From positions 18,605,410-18,669,409 of the forward strand of contig NC_081366.1 in the NCBI RefSeq assembly GCF_030684315.1: a stretch of 64,000 nucleotides of DNA, read 5' to 3'. Made by a program: the position numbers and the translations under genes. The stretch comes from Stegostoma tigrinum. Its lineage: Eukaryota. Positions 26,041 to 38,944 of this stretch are shown here, piece by piece. The notes beneath the pieces were generated by a model. The model worked only from the letters and a program-made list of their open reading frames with translations, was not told the DNA's origin and did no database searches. The number at the start of each line of letters is the position of its first letter. Position 1 is the stretch's first letter.

Positions 26041-27572
26041 ACAGTAGCCCCAGAGGTCTATACTAATTAGGAATAGGAGCAGGTCGTCCAGTTCCTTGAG
26101 ACTGCTCTGCAACTCAATACAATTATAGCTGATCCATTATCCACTTCCCTTTACTCCTACTCTTGTTACCCTTATTGATCAGGACTCTGTCTATCTTAGC
26201 CTTAAATGATCCACTCACTAACTGGCTTCTCATTCTGGATATTGGTAAGAATCAGCATCTGCGGTTCTCATGGAAAGCCAAGGCCAAAAGAATATCCATT
26301 GGCTGCTGGAGATGCATGCAAAACCTTCACTCCATTGCTTCAGCCACCAGGGTTCAACAGTAACAGTAAGGCAAGTGGGGGGGGGGGGGGGGGGCAGCAA
26401 GGGACCTTGACCTTACTCCAGATGCCCCTTCCTCACAAGGAGCTGAGGGGGTGCCAGCAATACCCAGGCGAAGGAGGAACTGAATGCAGGCCTGCTGGAA
26501 ATCTTGCTTCAGAAAACTCCAGAGGTGAACAGGCCCTCTTCTCCACCTCCAGCTACCACCCTTAATCCTGTGGAAAGTTCATGCTGAGGAGGGTGAACAT
26601 ACATTTGTCAAGACACTCACAGCATGTCTGGGCCATCGAGCATCATATGGTTTGGGATCATCCACCCAAAACTTCAAAGCCAACAATGCCCATTCTAGGA
26701 CAACCTCCCCTGACCCAGCTGCAGAACCTGGGAGTGCAGCCAGATACAGTGTGAGGGGAAGGCGAAAGAAAGTCTCATGTGGGAACTTAGGTGGTCAAGG
26801 TGATACTTCATGGCAAATAGAATATCAAATTTGTAAATACATGTTTACTTTAAATTGTCACCGATCTGCTTGACTGTTATCTTGACTGCAGCTACAAGAA
26901 TGAAGTTAGAAGCAGCACCCATCATTAGAGTCACACAATGTTTGTGCCCTCTCTAAAGGATTGTTGTTCTTAGTACCTACACCAGCATGAAGGTTTATCA
27001 TGTTTGTATAAGGGTGCATCAGATCTTGTGAACCCTTCCAGTGGTTAGAAAGGTTAGCTTTTATTAAATAATAAGAAAAATGAAGAAACAACAAACCAAT
27101 AAGCTACGTTCGCAGTTGGGAGTCAACCAGGAGTTGTTTGTCTTCCCAACGTCAGTACAATTCCATCAATGAATGATGAATTCATCCAACTCTGTTCCAT
27201 TAAATCTGATTCAGAAATAAATCACGTGTGACTTGTTGGGCCAATGCCTCTGCATTCTGTCATGCTGAAAGTGATGTTTCTCCAGATCAACATCCTCATC
27301 TTCCTCCTTGGCAAAATTCTAACATTGCCACAGCTCCTCATCACCCATCAGATCCCCTCGTCCTGCTACCATTAACTCGAGCTTGGCATGCAAGGTTTAT
27401 GTGATAGGCTCTGTCAGTAGTATACTGCATCAAATCCTCACACCGGTGTGAGCATAGGGATACCATATTGGTAAGATTTGTATAATCCTTGATGGCCCCA
27501 GTGGAAATGGTTAATGCATCGTATATACTCTTAGCCTTAGTCAGAGGGCTGTGTGATAAATTCATCTTCGAC

Positions 27573-27900
27573 TTGTTTGATTTTAGTTTGATTTTATTGA
27601 CATGTGTATCCAAGTACAAGAATATAGTAAAAAGTGTTCAGTGCTGCCACACAAGGTGCCATCTTAAGTACTAACATCTTGGTACAGAACCTTAAGAATA
27701 AGGTAGAAAGGAAAAAAAAACAAAGTTAAAAGTTAAACATTGCAGTGATAATAGCATGGTGTAAAACATGTGAAATAAGATTAAAAGTTACGCATCTTAG
27801 TTTTAAATAGAAAAAAGAAATAAAGCTGAAAGTACAAACATTACAGCCTTTCTTATGTGCTCAGCTATAGTGGGCCACACTTCGAGGAATCACCTCAAGA
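27573..27900 (-). mobile_element. 3' part of the 'gtacacgtgacaataaa' tail family
   Basis: Minus strand aagatggcacc...atacacatgtcaataaaatcaaactaaaatcaaac. Confidence 0.55.
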
Positions 27901-30819
27901 CTGAAAGTTTCGACTATCTACATGGTTGTACTGGAGATGCCTTGCCTCCCAGCAGCCAGACTTGTACGACAGGTGGCCCCTGGAATAAAGGAGGAACCTA
28001 AGAATTATCAAAGATATAGGCATCATGAAAGCTTCAAGGGCTCCTGGTGCAGACTTAGAAGATGTCATTGTGATAATAACAAGACAAGTTGGATTTTGGG
28101 TCAATGAAGCTCTTTCCTATTAATGAGGCTAATAGAGTTATGGTTTGGTGATCTTATCACCACCTGTGTATAATCTATAGCATCTAGAATCTTTAATGCT
28201 CTACTGATAATACAGCTCTGTTATGGTTTGTCCCAGGACATATTCAGTTGACAGTAGCACTCATATGGAGGACATACCTCCAAAGGCAAAAGACAGTGGG
28301 CATCCAGCACTTTCCCTGCATCATGAGTGGGCATTTTTTCTGAAATCACTGTGCTTAGAGGGTGCTCCACACCCACAGGAAGTTGTTCCTGTTCCTAGTC
28401 TTCCAACATGTTATGCTTATCAATTTCTGTGGCTACTCATGGTGCTTTTCTTGGATCAATTGGTGGTAGTTCTGTTGAGGCATTTTGGCGTACATTAGAA
28501 ACAAAGCAACTTGTTAATATTGTGATGATTCAGCAACCACAGTGCACAGAAATGTTCATTTGCCTTTTTCCTCATTATACTCTGATATAAGCTGTGTATA
28601 AATATCATTAATTCTTGAATTCTTGTAGCTTTGATTTTGAACTGAAGACACATTTTGTTCTGTGTGTATGAGTGAGTTTAATAATATATCATATTTGTCA
28701 GACTTTCTGGAGCCTATTTTTTTAAGCCACTGTGAATTAGATAGGGCTCCTGGAGGGAAAAAAAGGAATTTGTTTGCATTGAGAGAGCTTTACAATCAGA
28801 CAGACCAAACATTGAAAAACAAAAGCTCGCTTTCAATTTAAAAGAATTAGAATTTCTTTTTTGCTTAAGGGTTGAACACATCATTTAGGAAGATTTTGGT
28901 GGAAGTTCGTAGAATGTGCAGCTGTAGTTGGATATAAGAACACATTTCCTCCTAGACAAAGGAGGTATTTCAAAACAGTTAACTAACAGGTTAACACATT
29001 AAGAGTTTTAGTTCGAAATTCCAGACTAGAAATATGTGGACAGAACTCTGAAATGTGTTATTTATGGTTAAGACCATTCAAACAGATTTTTGTGTCTTTT
29101 CAAGGAAAATTGCTATCAAACTTTTAAGACTGGATATTGAAAGAAACAGATATGTCAAACGTACTGATATGAGAAAGACAGGAGTTGTCTCTGGTATCTA
29201 AGTACTGTAAAGTGATGATGTTGTGATAGATGGGATTTTATTTTTATCATGTGTTTTAAAATCTAGCAAGTTGTGATATGTAAGCATCTGGGTTTATTAA
29301 TTATATATTTTTTCCTTTATGTAATAAACTTCTGCTTTATTCCTGAAACCAAAACTGCAGCATTGCATGCTTGTGTTTCAGTGAAAGGTCACCTCATTAA
29401 ATAAAAACTAATATGGCACATATAATCAGATTGCAGTCTGCTCTCTGACTTCTCCAGTAATAACTTTAGCTGTGAATATAACAGCTGCGACATGGAGGCT
29501 TCTGAAAAGGATGGCAATGGGATGTCTCGATGATTAGCTTGAACATTGAAGACATTATTCAGGTGTATACTGTGCAAGACATGCCATGTATTTAAAGCAG
29601 GAGATTGTAAGTGTGGTAGAAATAATAATATTTCCTCCCACTAACTTGGCTCACCGCAAAGCAGCACAGTGTATAAAAGATTGGTGTGAAAATATTACTG
29701 TTCACTGTTTGAAGCAAGTAGCTCCAGGAACTTGTGCAACCTGTGACATTTGGGTTTGTGAATTGTGGGACATGTAGCACTTTATAGATGACCGGAGGTT
29801 ACTTTTGTTTCACAGACATTACCAGGATTAATTTCCAATGATCAGTCACATGGTCAATATTGTTTGAGGCCAGGATGGTAACCCCAAATAGTTGAATACT
29901 ACATGAGTTACACATGTAGAATTTTGTACTTACAGGCAACTTTAACTTGTACACTGCACAGACTGGGTTAAAGCAATTGCACTTTAAAGGGCCTGACGTA
30001 ATTCACAAGTGGAACCTACACCTTCGGAAAAAGTGAACACATGTATGTCACCTACTCCAGGTGTGGTGGCAGTCATTTTGTTTTCATTTTTATTGTGCAT
30101 TTGTGATTCAGATCGGGAGGGCAGGTAACACAGCCTGTGCTTCAGAAAATGAGTTGCAACCTATTAATTGAGGTGACCACCCCAAATCTTTGTGTTTTCA
30201 CTTTGTACTTCTTCACATTTCTGCTTTGTACTGCATGCCACTCCTGTTAGATTGGAGACTTCTGATGTTCCTGCTTAACCCTTTAACTCTTTACAACCCA
30301 GCTTTACCCTCTGATCCCCAGGCCTAAAACTTAGTTATGCTAAACATCATTACTTACTGACCTGAACAGAAAACAGGGTGACAGGGACTGAACCCCCATA
30401 CCACTATACCCTCGGATGCTCTATCATTTACCATTGTCATACACTGAGTTCACAGTTATTGTCACGACTGCAAACCACATGCTGCTTCCAATGTCCACAA
30501 CTGACTTCTGAATTTTCCCACAGAGTGGAAGGTTCTTAATAACCTTCTTGACTTTCAGTGCACGAACCAACTGGACTAACCATTGCCTTACCTCCCTGAC
30601 TGGCTCGGAAAGATGGGCCCTGTTTGATGATTAACAAGGCACATGCAGAATCAGTTTGGATTGAAACAGGAACTGGGAGAGGTAGGAAAATGCTTGTAGA
30701 AGCATACAATATTGCCTCTAAAGTTAGTTTTATTCCAGAACAGAGAAAAAAAGAAGGAATGAATAGAGAATGTATGAAAAGGGCCAGAATAATTATGCAG
30801 ATTGGATGAATGGAATTGT

Positions 30820-31660
30820 CAAAGGACATCTCTGCAGGACTTCCTCAGAGGAATGTCTGAAGTGAAGTGTACCCTGAACAAAACCATTGGCAGCTGCATC
30901 ATCAATATCTTTCCCTCCATCATAAGGCCAGAAAAGGAAATGTTCTTTGAGAACTGCACAATGTTTCGCACTGCTCAGGTACTGAAACAGCTTATGTCCA
31001 AATGCGATACCATCAGAACATTATCCAGATTTTGACTGACAATTGACAGTAACATTCCTGCCACACAATTGTCATGCAATGGCCATCTCCAGCAAGAAAA
31101 TCAAACCATCTGTCCTTGACATTCAATGGCATTACAATCGCTGAACCACCCCACTATCAACATCCCGGGGTAGTTGTATGGAGGCAGTTGGAAATTGAAC
31201 TGGGCTACCATATGAAATCAGTCAATAAAGCACCTCTGGACTCACTAAAACCTGCCCATTGTCTACAAGACATAGTCAGTAGTATGATGGTAAACTCTCC
31301 CCAAGCCTGGATGAGTATAGTTCGAAAACACTCAGGAGGTCTGATTCCATTTAGGACAAAGACATTTGTTTGATAGGTACCACATTCAAAATCATTTACT
31401 CCCTCCACCGATACCACCCGGTAGCAGAAATGTGTACTCCTATTACAAGATGCACTGTGAAAATTCACCAAGGTTACGTTGACAGAACCTTCTATCACCC
31501 ATACACTGCCAACTAAAAGTGCAGAGATGGTAGATATACAGGAATACCATCATCTGCAGGTTTCTTCTCAAGATCCTGACTTGGAAATACATCACCCTTT
31601 GTTCTGTGTAGCTATGTCAAATACCTGGTCCTTCGTGTCTTACAGCATTGTGAAACTATA
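30820..31660 (+). mobile_element. 3' fragment of the LINE family seen at 52638-55520
   Basis: ggacatctctgcagga..., catcaat.atct.tccctcca.cataagg and tacaagatgcactg are shared with the minus strand of 52800-53270. Confidence 0.7.
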
Positions 31661-31767
31661 GTGGGAATGAATAAAATAAAGATAGAACTTCACATTCAGT
31701 TTGAACATGCGAAGTGTGGGCCGAAGACATGTTGCATTTTTGTATTAAACTACGAGGATTGATGTCA

Positions 31768-33445
31768 AGCCGAACTCGTCCTCACGATCAACAACTTCTC
31801 TTTCGATTCCTCCCATTCCTACTGACAAACGGGGTGGCCATCAGTACCCGCATGGGCCCAAGCTCTGCCTGCGTCGTTGTAGGTTATGTGGCACAATCCG
31901 TCTTCCGTACCTACGCTGGCCCTAAAGCCCACCTCTTCCCCCGTTACATTGATGACTGTATTGGCACCACCTCATGCTCCCAAGAAGAGCTTGAACAGTT
32001 CATCCATTTCACCAACACCTTCCACCCCAACCTCAAGTTCACCTGGACCATCTCCAACGCATCCCTCACCTTCCTGGGCCTCTCTGTTTCCATCTCAAGC
32101 AACCACCTAGAAAGCAATATCCATTTCAAGCCCACAGACTCCCACAGCTACCTAGAATACACCTCCTCGCACCCAACTTCTTGCAAAAATTCCATCCCTT
32201 ATTCCCAATTCCTTAGACTCCGCCGCATCTGCTCCCAGGATGAGGAATTCCACTCCTGGGCATCTCAGATGCCCTCGCTCTTCAAGGACCACAACTTCAC
32301 CCCCGCAGTGGTCAAGGATGCCCTCGACCGTGCCTCCCGCATTTCCCACAATTCATCTCACACACCCCATCCCCGCAATAACCGCCAAAAGAGAATCCTC
32401 CTTGTCCTCACATACCAGCTCACCAACCTCCGCATCATCCTCCGACACTTCCGTCATCTACAATCCAACCCCACCACCAAAGACATTTTTCCAACCCCAC
32501 ACTTGTCTGCTTTCCGGAGGGACCACCCTCTCCACGATTCCCTTGTCCGCTCCGCACTCCTCTCCAACCCCACCATACCCGGCACTTTCTCCTGTGACCG
32601 CAGGAAGTGCTACACTTGCTCCCACATTTCATTCCTCACCCCCATCCCAGGCCCCAAGATGGCTTTCCACATCAAGCAGATGTTCACCTGCACATCTGCC
32701 AATGTTGTGTACTGCATCTGCTGTACCTGTTGTGGCTTCCTCTATGTCGTGGAAACAAAGCGGAGGCTTGGGGACAGTTTTGCAGAACACCTACGCCTGT
32801 TTCGCAATACACAACTGTACCCCCCAGTCGAGACCCATTTCAACTCCCCCTCCCATTCCTTAGACGACATGTCCATCCTGGGCCTCCTGCTGTGACACAA
32901 TGATGCCACCCGAAGGTTGCAGGAACAGCAACTCATATTCCGCTTGAGAACCCTGCAGCCCAATGGCATCAATGTGGATTTCACAAGCTTCAAAATCTCC
33001 TCTTGCCCCCACTGCATTCCAAAACCAGCCCAGCTCGTCCCCTAACCTGTTCTTCCTCTCACCTATCCCCTCCTCCCACCTCAAGCCACACCCCCATTTC
33101 CTACCTTCTAATCTCATCCCACCCCCTTGACCAGTCCATCCTCCCTGGACTGACCTATTCCATCTCTACCTCCCCACCCATACTCACCTCTCCTGGCTCC
33201 ATCCTCGCCCCTTTAACTTATCTATCTCCTCTCCACCTATCTTCTCCTCTCTCCATCTTCGACCCACTTCCCCCTCTCTCCCTATTTATTTCAGAACCCC
33301 CTCCCCATCCCCCTTTTCTGATGAAGGGTCTAGGCCTGAAATGTCAGCTTTTGTGCTCCTGAGATGCTGCTTGGCCTGCTGTGTTCATCCAGCTTCACAA
33401 TTTGTTATCTTGGATCCTCCAGCGTCTGCAGTTCCCATTATCTCT
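31768..33445 (+). mobile_element. 5'-truncated Neptune-type Penelope-like element
   Basis: RT motifs GVAI.TRMGPS and RYIDD; linker CDRRKCYTC; GIY-YIG VVYCI.CT.CGFLYV.ET.RRLGD.FAEH; pLTR with decayed hammerhead at 33318-33345; ends cccattatctct. Confidence 0.95.
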
Positions 33446-34435
33446 CAAACACAAAGGGTCTGGTTTGGATCAAATGCCATGGTAAGCAACGGCACAACTG
33501 CTGAGATCCAGGCTGCTGGCTGCATAGCAACACTGAAGGGCAGGACAATAAACAGCTTAGTAGCATTTTAGGGGAGGATTGTGGATGTGAAGCCATGGAG
33601 ATTGGAGTATCGAGAATTCGGAGTCTAGGCCTGGGAGCCACACTGTAACCCCTATGCATGATCCCAGTCATCCCAAGATTGGACAGATCAAGGACCCCAG
33701 TCCTGACTCTGCCAACTCAGCAAGCAGATCTCTGCATTTTAGCTGACTGAAAGCCTGCCAGCATGAAATGCCATTAATCAAAGCCATGAGTGAAAAGGCC
33801 CTTAAGCAGCCATTAATCATTCGGTGTTTACTGGCCTTTGAAATACAATCTAAAAACTTTCCAACACATTGAATTTCTTCAACAAGTTCTCAATAAAATC
33901 CATTGATGCCCATCAGGTACGTCTGGAAGCTCTCATTATCTTGGTATCTTGTCTGGGGATCTGAGAGTTTCCTTCATATTCAATCTTGATAGCCTACAAT
34001 TTGCTGCACAGCACACTTTCCTTTGGAACTAATTTAAAACCTAACCTGTTCTGAGACAGTCATACCAACCCTCGCCCTAATCCTAAATCAAACTGCAATA
34101 ATAAAGCATCAACTTAGTGCAATTCTGTTTACAATTTGATGATGTGATTCATATGTTTGCGATATACTGATGGAACAAGATGTGTGTAGTAGTCCTATAT
34201 TGATATAATGTTATTTTCTAAATGTAAGTGCAAACTTCTCCAAGTTTAGATGCATTGGAATGCTTCAGAAACTAACTGAGATGTCCAGGATGAAGAGATG
34301 CTTAGAAAAATTGGCCATAAATTCTATTTTTCAAAGGATTTAGGCTAATAGATTTACAAGCATTGGAACAATGTTCCTGTTTCCCAAAGTTAAAGCAAGA
34401 TTTCTCCTTTTTTTTATCCATCATTAATAACAAGT

Positions 34436-34469
34436 CGATGCTCCAATCTCCATGGCTTCACATCTAAAA
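34436..34469 (-). repeat. Inverted copy of 33584-33613 flanked by an 11-bp direct repeat
   Basis: 29/30 inverted match over 34435-34464; taataacaagt at 34425-34435 and 34470-34480. Confidence 0.85.
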
Positions 34470-37400
34470 TAATAACAAGTGGTGTCTCTTACTTTACTTT
34501 TGGACTGGACGGGAGTTGTTGGTTGAGTCTGGATTAATACCAGGTTTGGAGGATCACATAAAATCTCTCCCTTTCTTAAATCTTGGCCCCATTGCCATTT
34601 GTTTCATTATGTGTTGACAAAACATATGTTCAGAACCTGGTACTTACCAGTTTTTATATTCACCAATCACCAAACTCTCAAAGTGGCATCATCACTGAGT
34701 CGTTCTGTCCTCTCAGCATGGGGTCCACAGTTTTGATTGTGCACTTTCACGATACTTTCAGTTACTGATCTGGGTCTTAATTGCTGGTTTTATCAACCAT
34801 TATTTCTCCCTTATCTGCTGCTACCCATATCTTATTGTCTTACTTCTTCATGGTCTGGGAATTCTTCATCCTCTCCAATGACAGAATGGTGTTGTTTCCA
34901 ATTAAGACCATCAAGCAATGTCACACAGTAGAAACATAAGGAAGACTACAGAGACAACAACTATTCTTGTCATTAAAAGTAATGAATTAGTAAATACAAT
35001 TATTCCCTTGTAATTAGGTAATTAGCCACAAAGCTGATTTAATTCAGAAAGGGTCAGATCCCAATTTACTTCTTTATCATATACTGTTTGAGCCTAGAAG
35101 TCTTTTATCCTTCATATGAGTTTGGTAATTATGGAATGATAATTAACAGTCTTGATCACGCCTCCACTTTTATCTGGTTTCCTTTCCTCCTCCATTAGTT
35201 CTCTCCCATGCCAAGTGATAGAGAAGGTAGAAGAATCATTTGCTTATACCAATTTATGTTATCATGTTTCTTCTACTGTGGCACTCAACCTTTCCCCAGA
35301 AACTATAATTTGAGGGTGTCACTCAGCAGCAAACATAGCTTCCCTTGAGACTCCCTGCTCCGTCATCAATCATAGACATTTTGGAGGGATTTACTGATTC
35401 GCAATTGACATTAATGAATGCACATTCCATGACAATTCAGTCCTGAAGTTGAACTCAAACCTGGCTCAAATGCAGGGACATTGCCCATTGTACCACAAGA
35501 CGTTTGTCACCAGTTTTAGACTGGCAGAATCTGAAATATTCCTTCCATTTCCAATGAAACTGGAAGTATCACTGCTGGGCACCAGAATTCTCCACTTTGA
35601 CTCAATCAGCATAATTTCAGTCAGGAGAATAGGATCAGCTTCAACATTGTGCACTTGTTCCTTCAGAAATCCAGAGTAGTCTCATCTACAGGCTGAATGG
35701 AACATCTGTTGAATGGTTGGAGCCAGAATACAACACCTTATACAACATCCCATTCTTAACCAACTTTCCTCTCTCTACCACCTCACTGACTCATTGTTCT
35801 TATTCTTCTGTGATAAACTTCACAGTTCTAAATACACAACTTTGTTATTCCCCGTGTTTTAATAAATGCTTCTGAGGATCACTGCAGCTGGATGGGATGT
35901 TTGACTTAACTATTCCTTGGTGCTTTCCCAAATCGAGTGACTGCTTATCCATGTTTTGCTGATAAGGCACAAAATAACTTCCCCCCCCCCCCTCCTCCGC
36001 CAATCTCTCCAATCCTGTCAATCTAAGCCTGGCTACTCTGTTCATTGTAATTCACATCCAAACTGTTTTTTATTTGCATAATTGCCATTATGCAGTTGTT
36101 TATTTTTTGTTTTCTTAAATCTTTGGTTTCAGGTAGTTCTCCTTTGACAGTAAAATCCAGCCAATTATAACTGCTCCTTTTTTTTATCTGCTGTGATTCT
36201 GAAGTAGATTCCTGTCAATTAAACAAAGAACCATTGAAACATGATGAGAAATATCACTCTATATCTCTCCCTTTTTCTTGTTTTTATAAGGCTGCAAAAT
36301 ATTTTTTACCTTGTTAAAAAAAACTACTGTAAAAATATTATTTGTGTTGGAGCCTGATAATTTAATCTGATTTATTTATAAAGGGTAAGCTTCGCAAACT
36401 GCAGCTCACCGACAACATTTTGTTCGAGGGATTGTGCTGTAAGCATTGCCCTTTGTGCATTGCTATGCAATTGTTCTCTCCATGTCCTCCTGAAGGCTGT
36501 CCTTTAATCTTGTCACTTTTTGCTACCAGTTCATCCTATAAAGCATCTTTTTTTCCCCCCTGTTGGCTTATTCTCTGTTGAAAGAAATAAATTGAGGGCA
36601 TTTAGGTTCAGATGAATACCGATGTGGGATTCAAGCTCTGGGTCTTGGACTGAGAATCAGGCATCTGCTTTGCAAATGTTCTTTTGTTTTCAACAAAATT
36701 CACTGGTAAACTTTTCACAAAATAAGTGCGCAAGCAATTTTTCATGTCTATTTGCAGTTTTAGAAATGAATTGCTTTGCTTCTGAAAGATCCAGGTCCCA
36801 CTTGTTTGTGAATTTATGAAATTCATCTCAATGAGGGAAACCCTGATAAAAGTAAGAATAATGGAAGTTTGAAATAATAATTAAATTACATTTCCCAGTG
36901 ATCGGATTTACCTCATAAACTACAGGAGGAACATATATCCTCTGCTCCTAAGTAAATTATACAAATAAGAACTCCAGTGTATTACAGGGCAACTGTGCGT
37001 TGTTGTGGTTTAATGAGTTTTCCATTCATTCTTAGTGTTCCACTGAGATTTTAATTTTCATTAATTGAGTCATATGCTTTTGATTTTTAAAAGTTATTTG
37101 TACAGGGATTACTGGACAAAAACCTAGCTGATGCGTGTGACATTCCATTATATAGATTGCACTGTTAATATGTTTATTTTAACTGGTTTAACACCAGTTT
37201 AATTAGAGTTATGGCAGTCTCCCACAAATATAGCTTCTAATATTATTGACAGTAATTTCCAAAGGTCAGCAGCTTAGAATTATTTATCTTAAAATCATTT
37301 TGATATTGAATAGTTTTTGGATCCTTGTCAGCAAGTTGTCTTTCAAGGTGTGCTCTTAACAATGGAGTTCAGACTTTTAGCAGACTTGCGATGGAGTGTC

Positions 37401-37768
37401 CCAGCAAATCAACAAATAATTCATGGTTGCTTAAAAGTGCATCAGTGATAGAAGAGCTCATTCATAATCGTCTTGACAACCAGAAGAATTGCTGAAAATA
37501 CAAACTATCTGGAAGCCGGATCTTGCAACATTGAACCATCAAATTCACACAAACTGATCACTGGACATGCTGCTATCACGGTTTATCTGGGTGTGTGCTC
37601 TAATAATGCAAGTGCACTTTCATGGTAGTTCCCAGAGTATGCTTCCAGTACGAACTACAGCCCCAGTTATGTTCCAGGCCGTTTAAAAGAAAACCATGTT
37701 TTTTGTATGAAGTACAAGCGGACACCGACAAAGGAAAACATGCTTTCGGCAACATAACTGATAGAAAT

Positions 37769-38065
37769 GATTAGATTAGATTCCCTACAGTGTGGAAACG
37801 GGCCCTTTGGCCCAACAAGTCCATACCACCCCTTGGACCATCCCACTCAATCCCATTCCCCATAAGCCACACACCCCTGAACACGACGGGCAATTTAGCA
37901 TAGCCGATCCACCTAGCCTGCACATCTTTGGGCTGTGGGAGGAAACCGGAGCACCCGAAGGAAACCCACGCATACACGGGGAGAATGTGCAAACTCCTCA
38001 CAGATAGTCACCCAAGGCTGGAATCGAACCCGGGTTCCTGGCGCTGTGAGGCTGCAGTGCTAACC
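37769..38065 (-). mobile_element. HE1/V-SINE-like SINE, slightly 5'-truncated
   Basis: Same body and (aatct)n tail as 20461-20787. Confidence 0.92.
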
Positions 38066-38298
38066 TCAGATAAAATAGGATTTTTTGAAAATTAATTTCA
38101 GTGGGTTTACAATGTCACTTCCTGAATGCCATTTGCTTCAATGTGAATGCTCTTAATTAGAACCTTCTATACTGTAAATATCCAATGGATGAGTATGCAA
38201 GAAATGATGTATTTGTATGAACTGAATCAGAGTGATTCACATATCCACTCCTTACTAATGTTAAAAATGTGAACCAATCATGCTAGGTATATCATAAT

Positions 38299-38944
38299 GA
38301 GATAACATAGTGTGGAGCTGGAGGAGATAATGGGAACTGCAGATGCTGGAGAATCCGAGATACCAAAGTGTGGGGCTAGATGAACATAGTAGGCCCAGCA
38401 GCATCTTAGGAGCACAAAAGCTGATGTTTCAGGCCTAGACCCTTCATCAGAGAGGGTGATGGGGAGAGGGTTCTGAAATAAATAGGGAGAGAGGGGGAAG
38501 CAGACCGAAGATGGATAGAGGAGAAGATAAGTGGAGAGGAGACAGACAAGTTAAAGAGGAGGATGGGGGAGGACAGACAGGTCAATGGGGTGGGATGAGG
38601 TTAGTAGGTAGGAAATGGGGGTGCAGCTTGAGGTGGGAGGAGTGGGTGAGTGAGAGGAAGAACAGGTTCGGGAGGTGGGCGAGCTGGGCTGGTTTTGGGA
38701 TGCAGCACAGGGAGGGGAGATTTTGAAGTTGGAGGAACATAGCAAGCCAGGCAGCATCAGAGGTGCAGGAAAGTTGAAGTTTCAGGTTGGGACCGTTCTT
38801 CAGAAAGAACCGTTTCTAAAGAAGGGTCCCAACCTGAAACATTAACTTTCCTGCACTGTTGATGTTGCCTAGCCTGCTGTGTTTCTCCAGCTCCATACTG
38901 TGTTATCTCTGACTCCAGCGTCGGCAGTTTTTACTATCTTTGAA
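38299..38944. mobile_element. Older fold-back pLTR element containing a nested younger PLE pLTR
   Basis: Outer arms 38299-38325 plus 38737-38805 vs 38813-38944; degenerate TSD gtatatcataat/gtgtatcattat. Confidence 0.8.
38326..38726 (-). mobile_element. Nested PLE pLTR (young family)
   Basis: Reverse complement of 32988-33442-like sequence; agctggagga 38316-38325 and agttggagga 38727-38736. Confidence 0.85.

Noticed and set aside
26376-26394. Poly-G run as a functional G-quadruplex
   Set aside because: Simple homopolymer, length unreliable, no supporting context
28580-29483. Possible additional solo LTR ending tataaca
   Set aside because: Could not define the 5' end or a TSD
33584-34464. 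880-bp DNA transposon/MITE bounded by 30-bp TIRs
   Set aside because: No outer TSD; the right copy has its own 11-bp flanking duplication, indicating a small insertion
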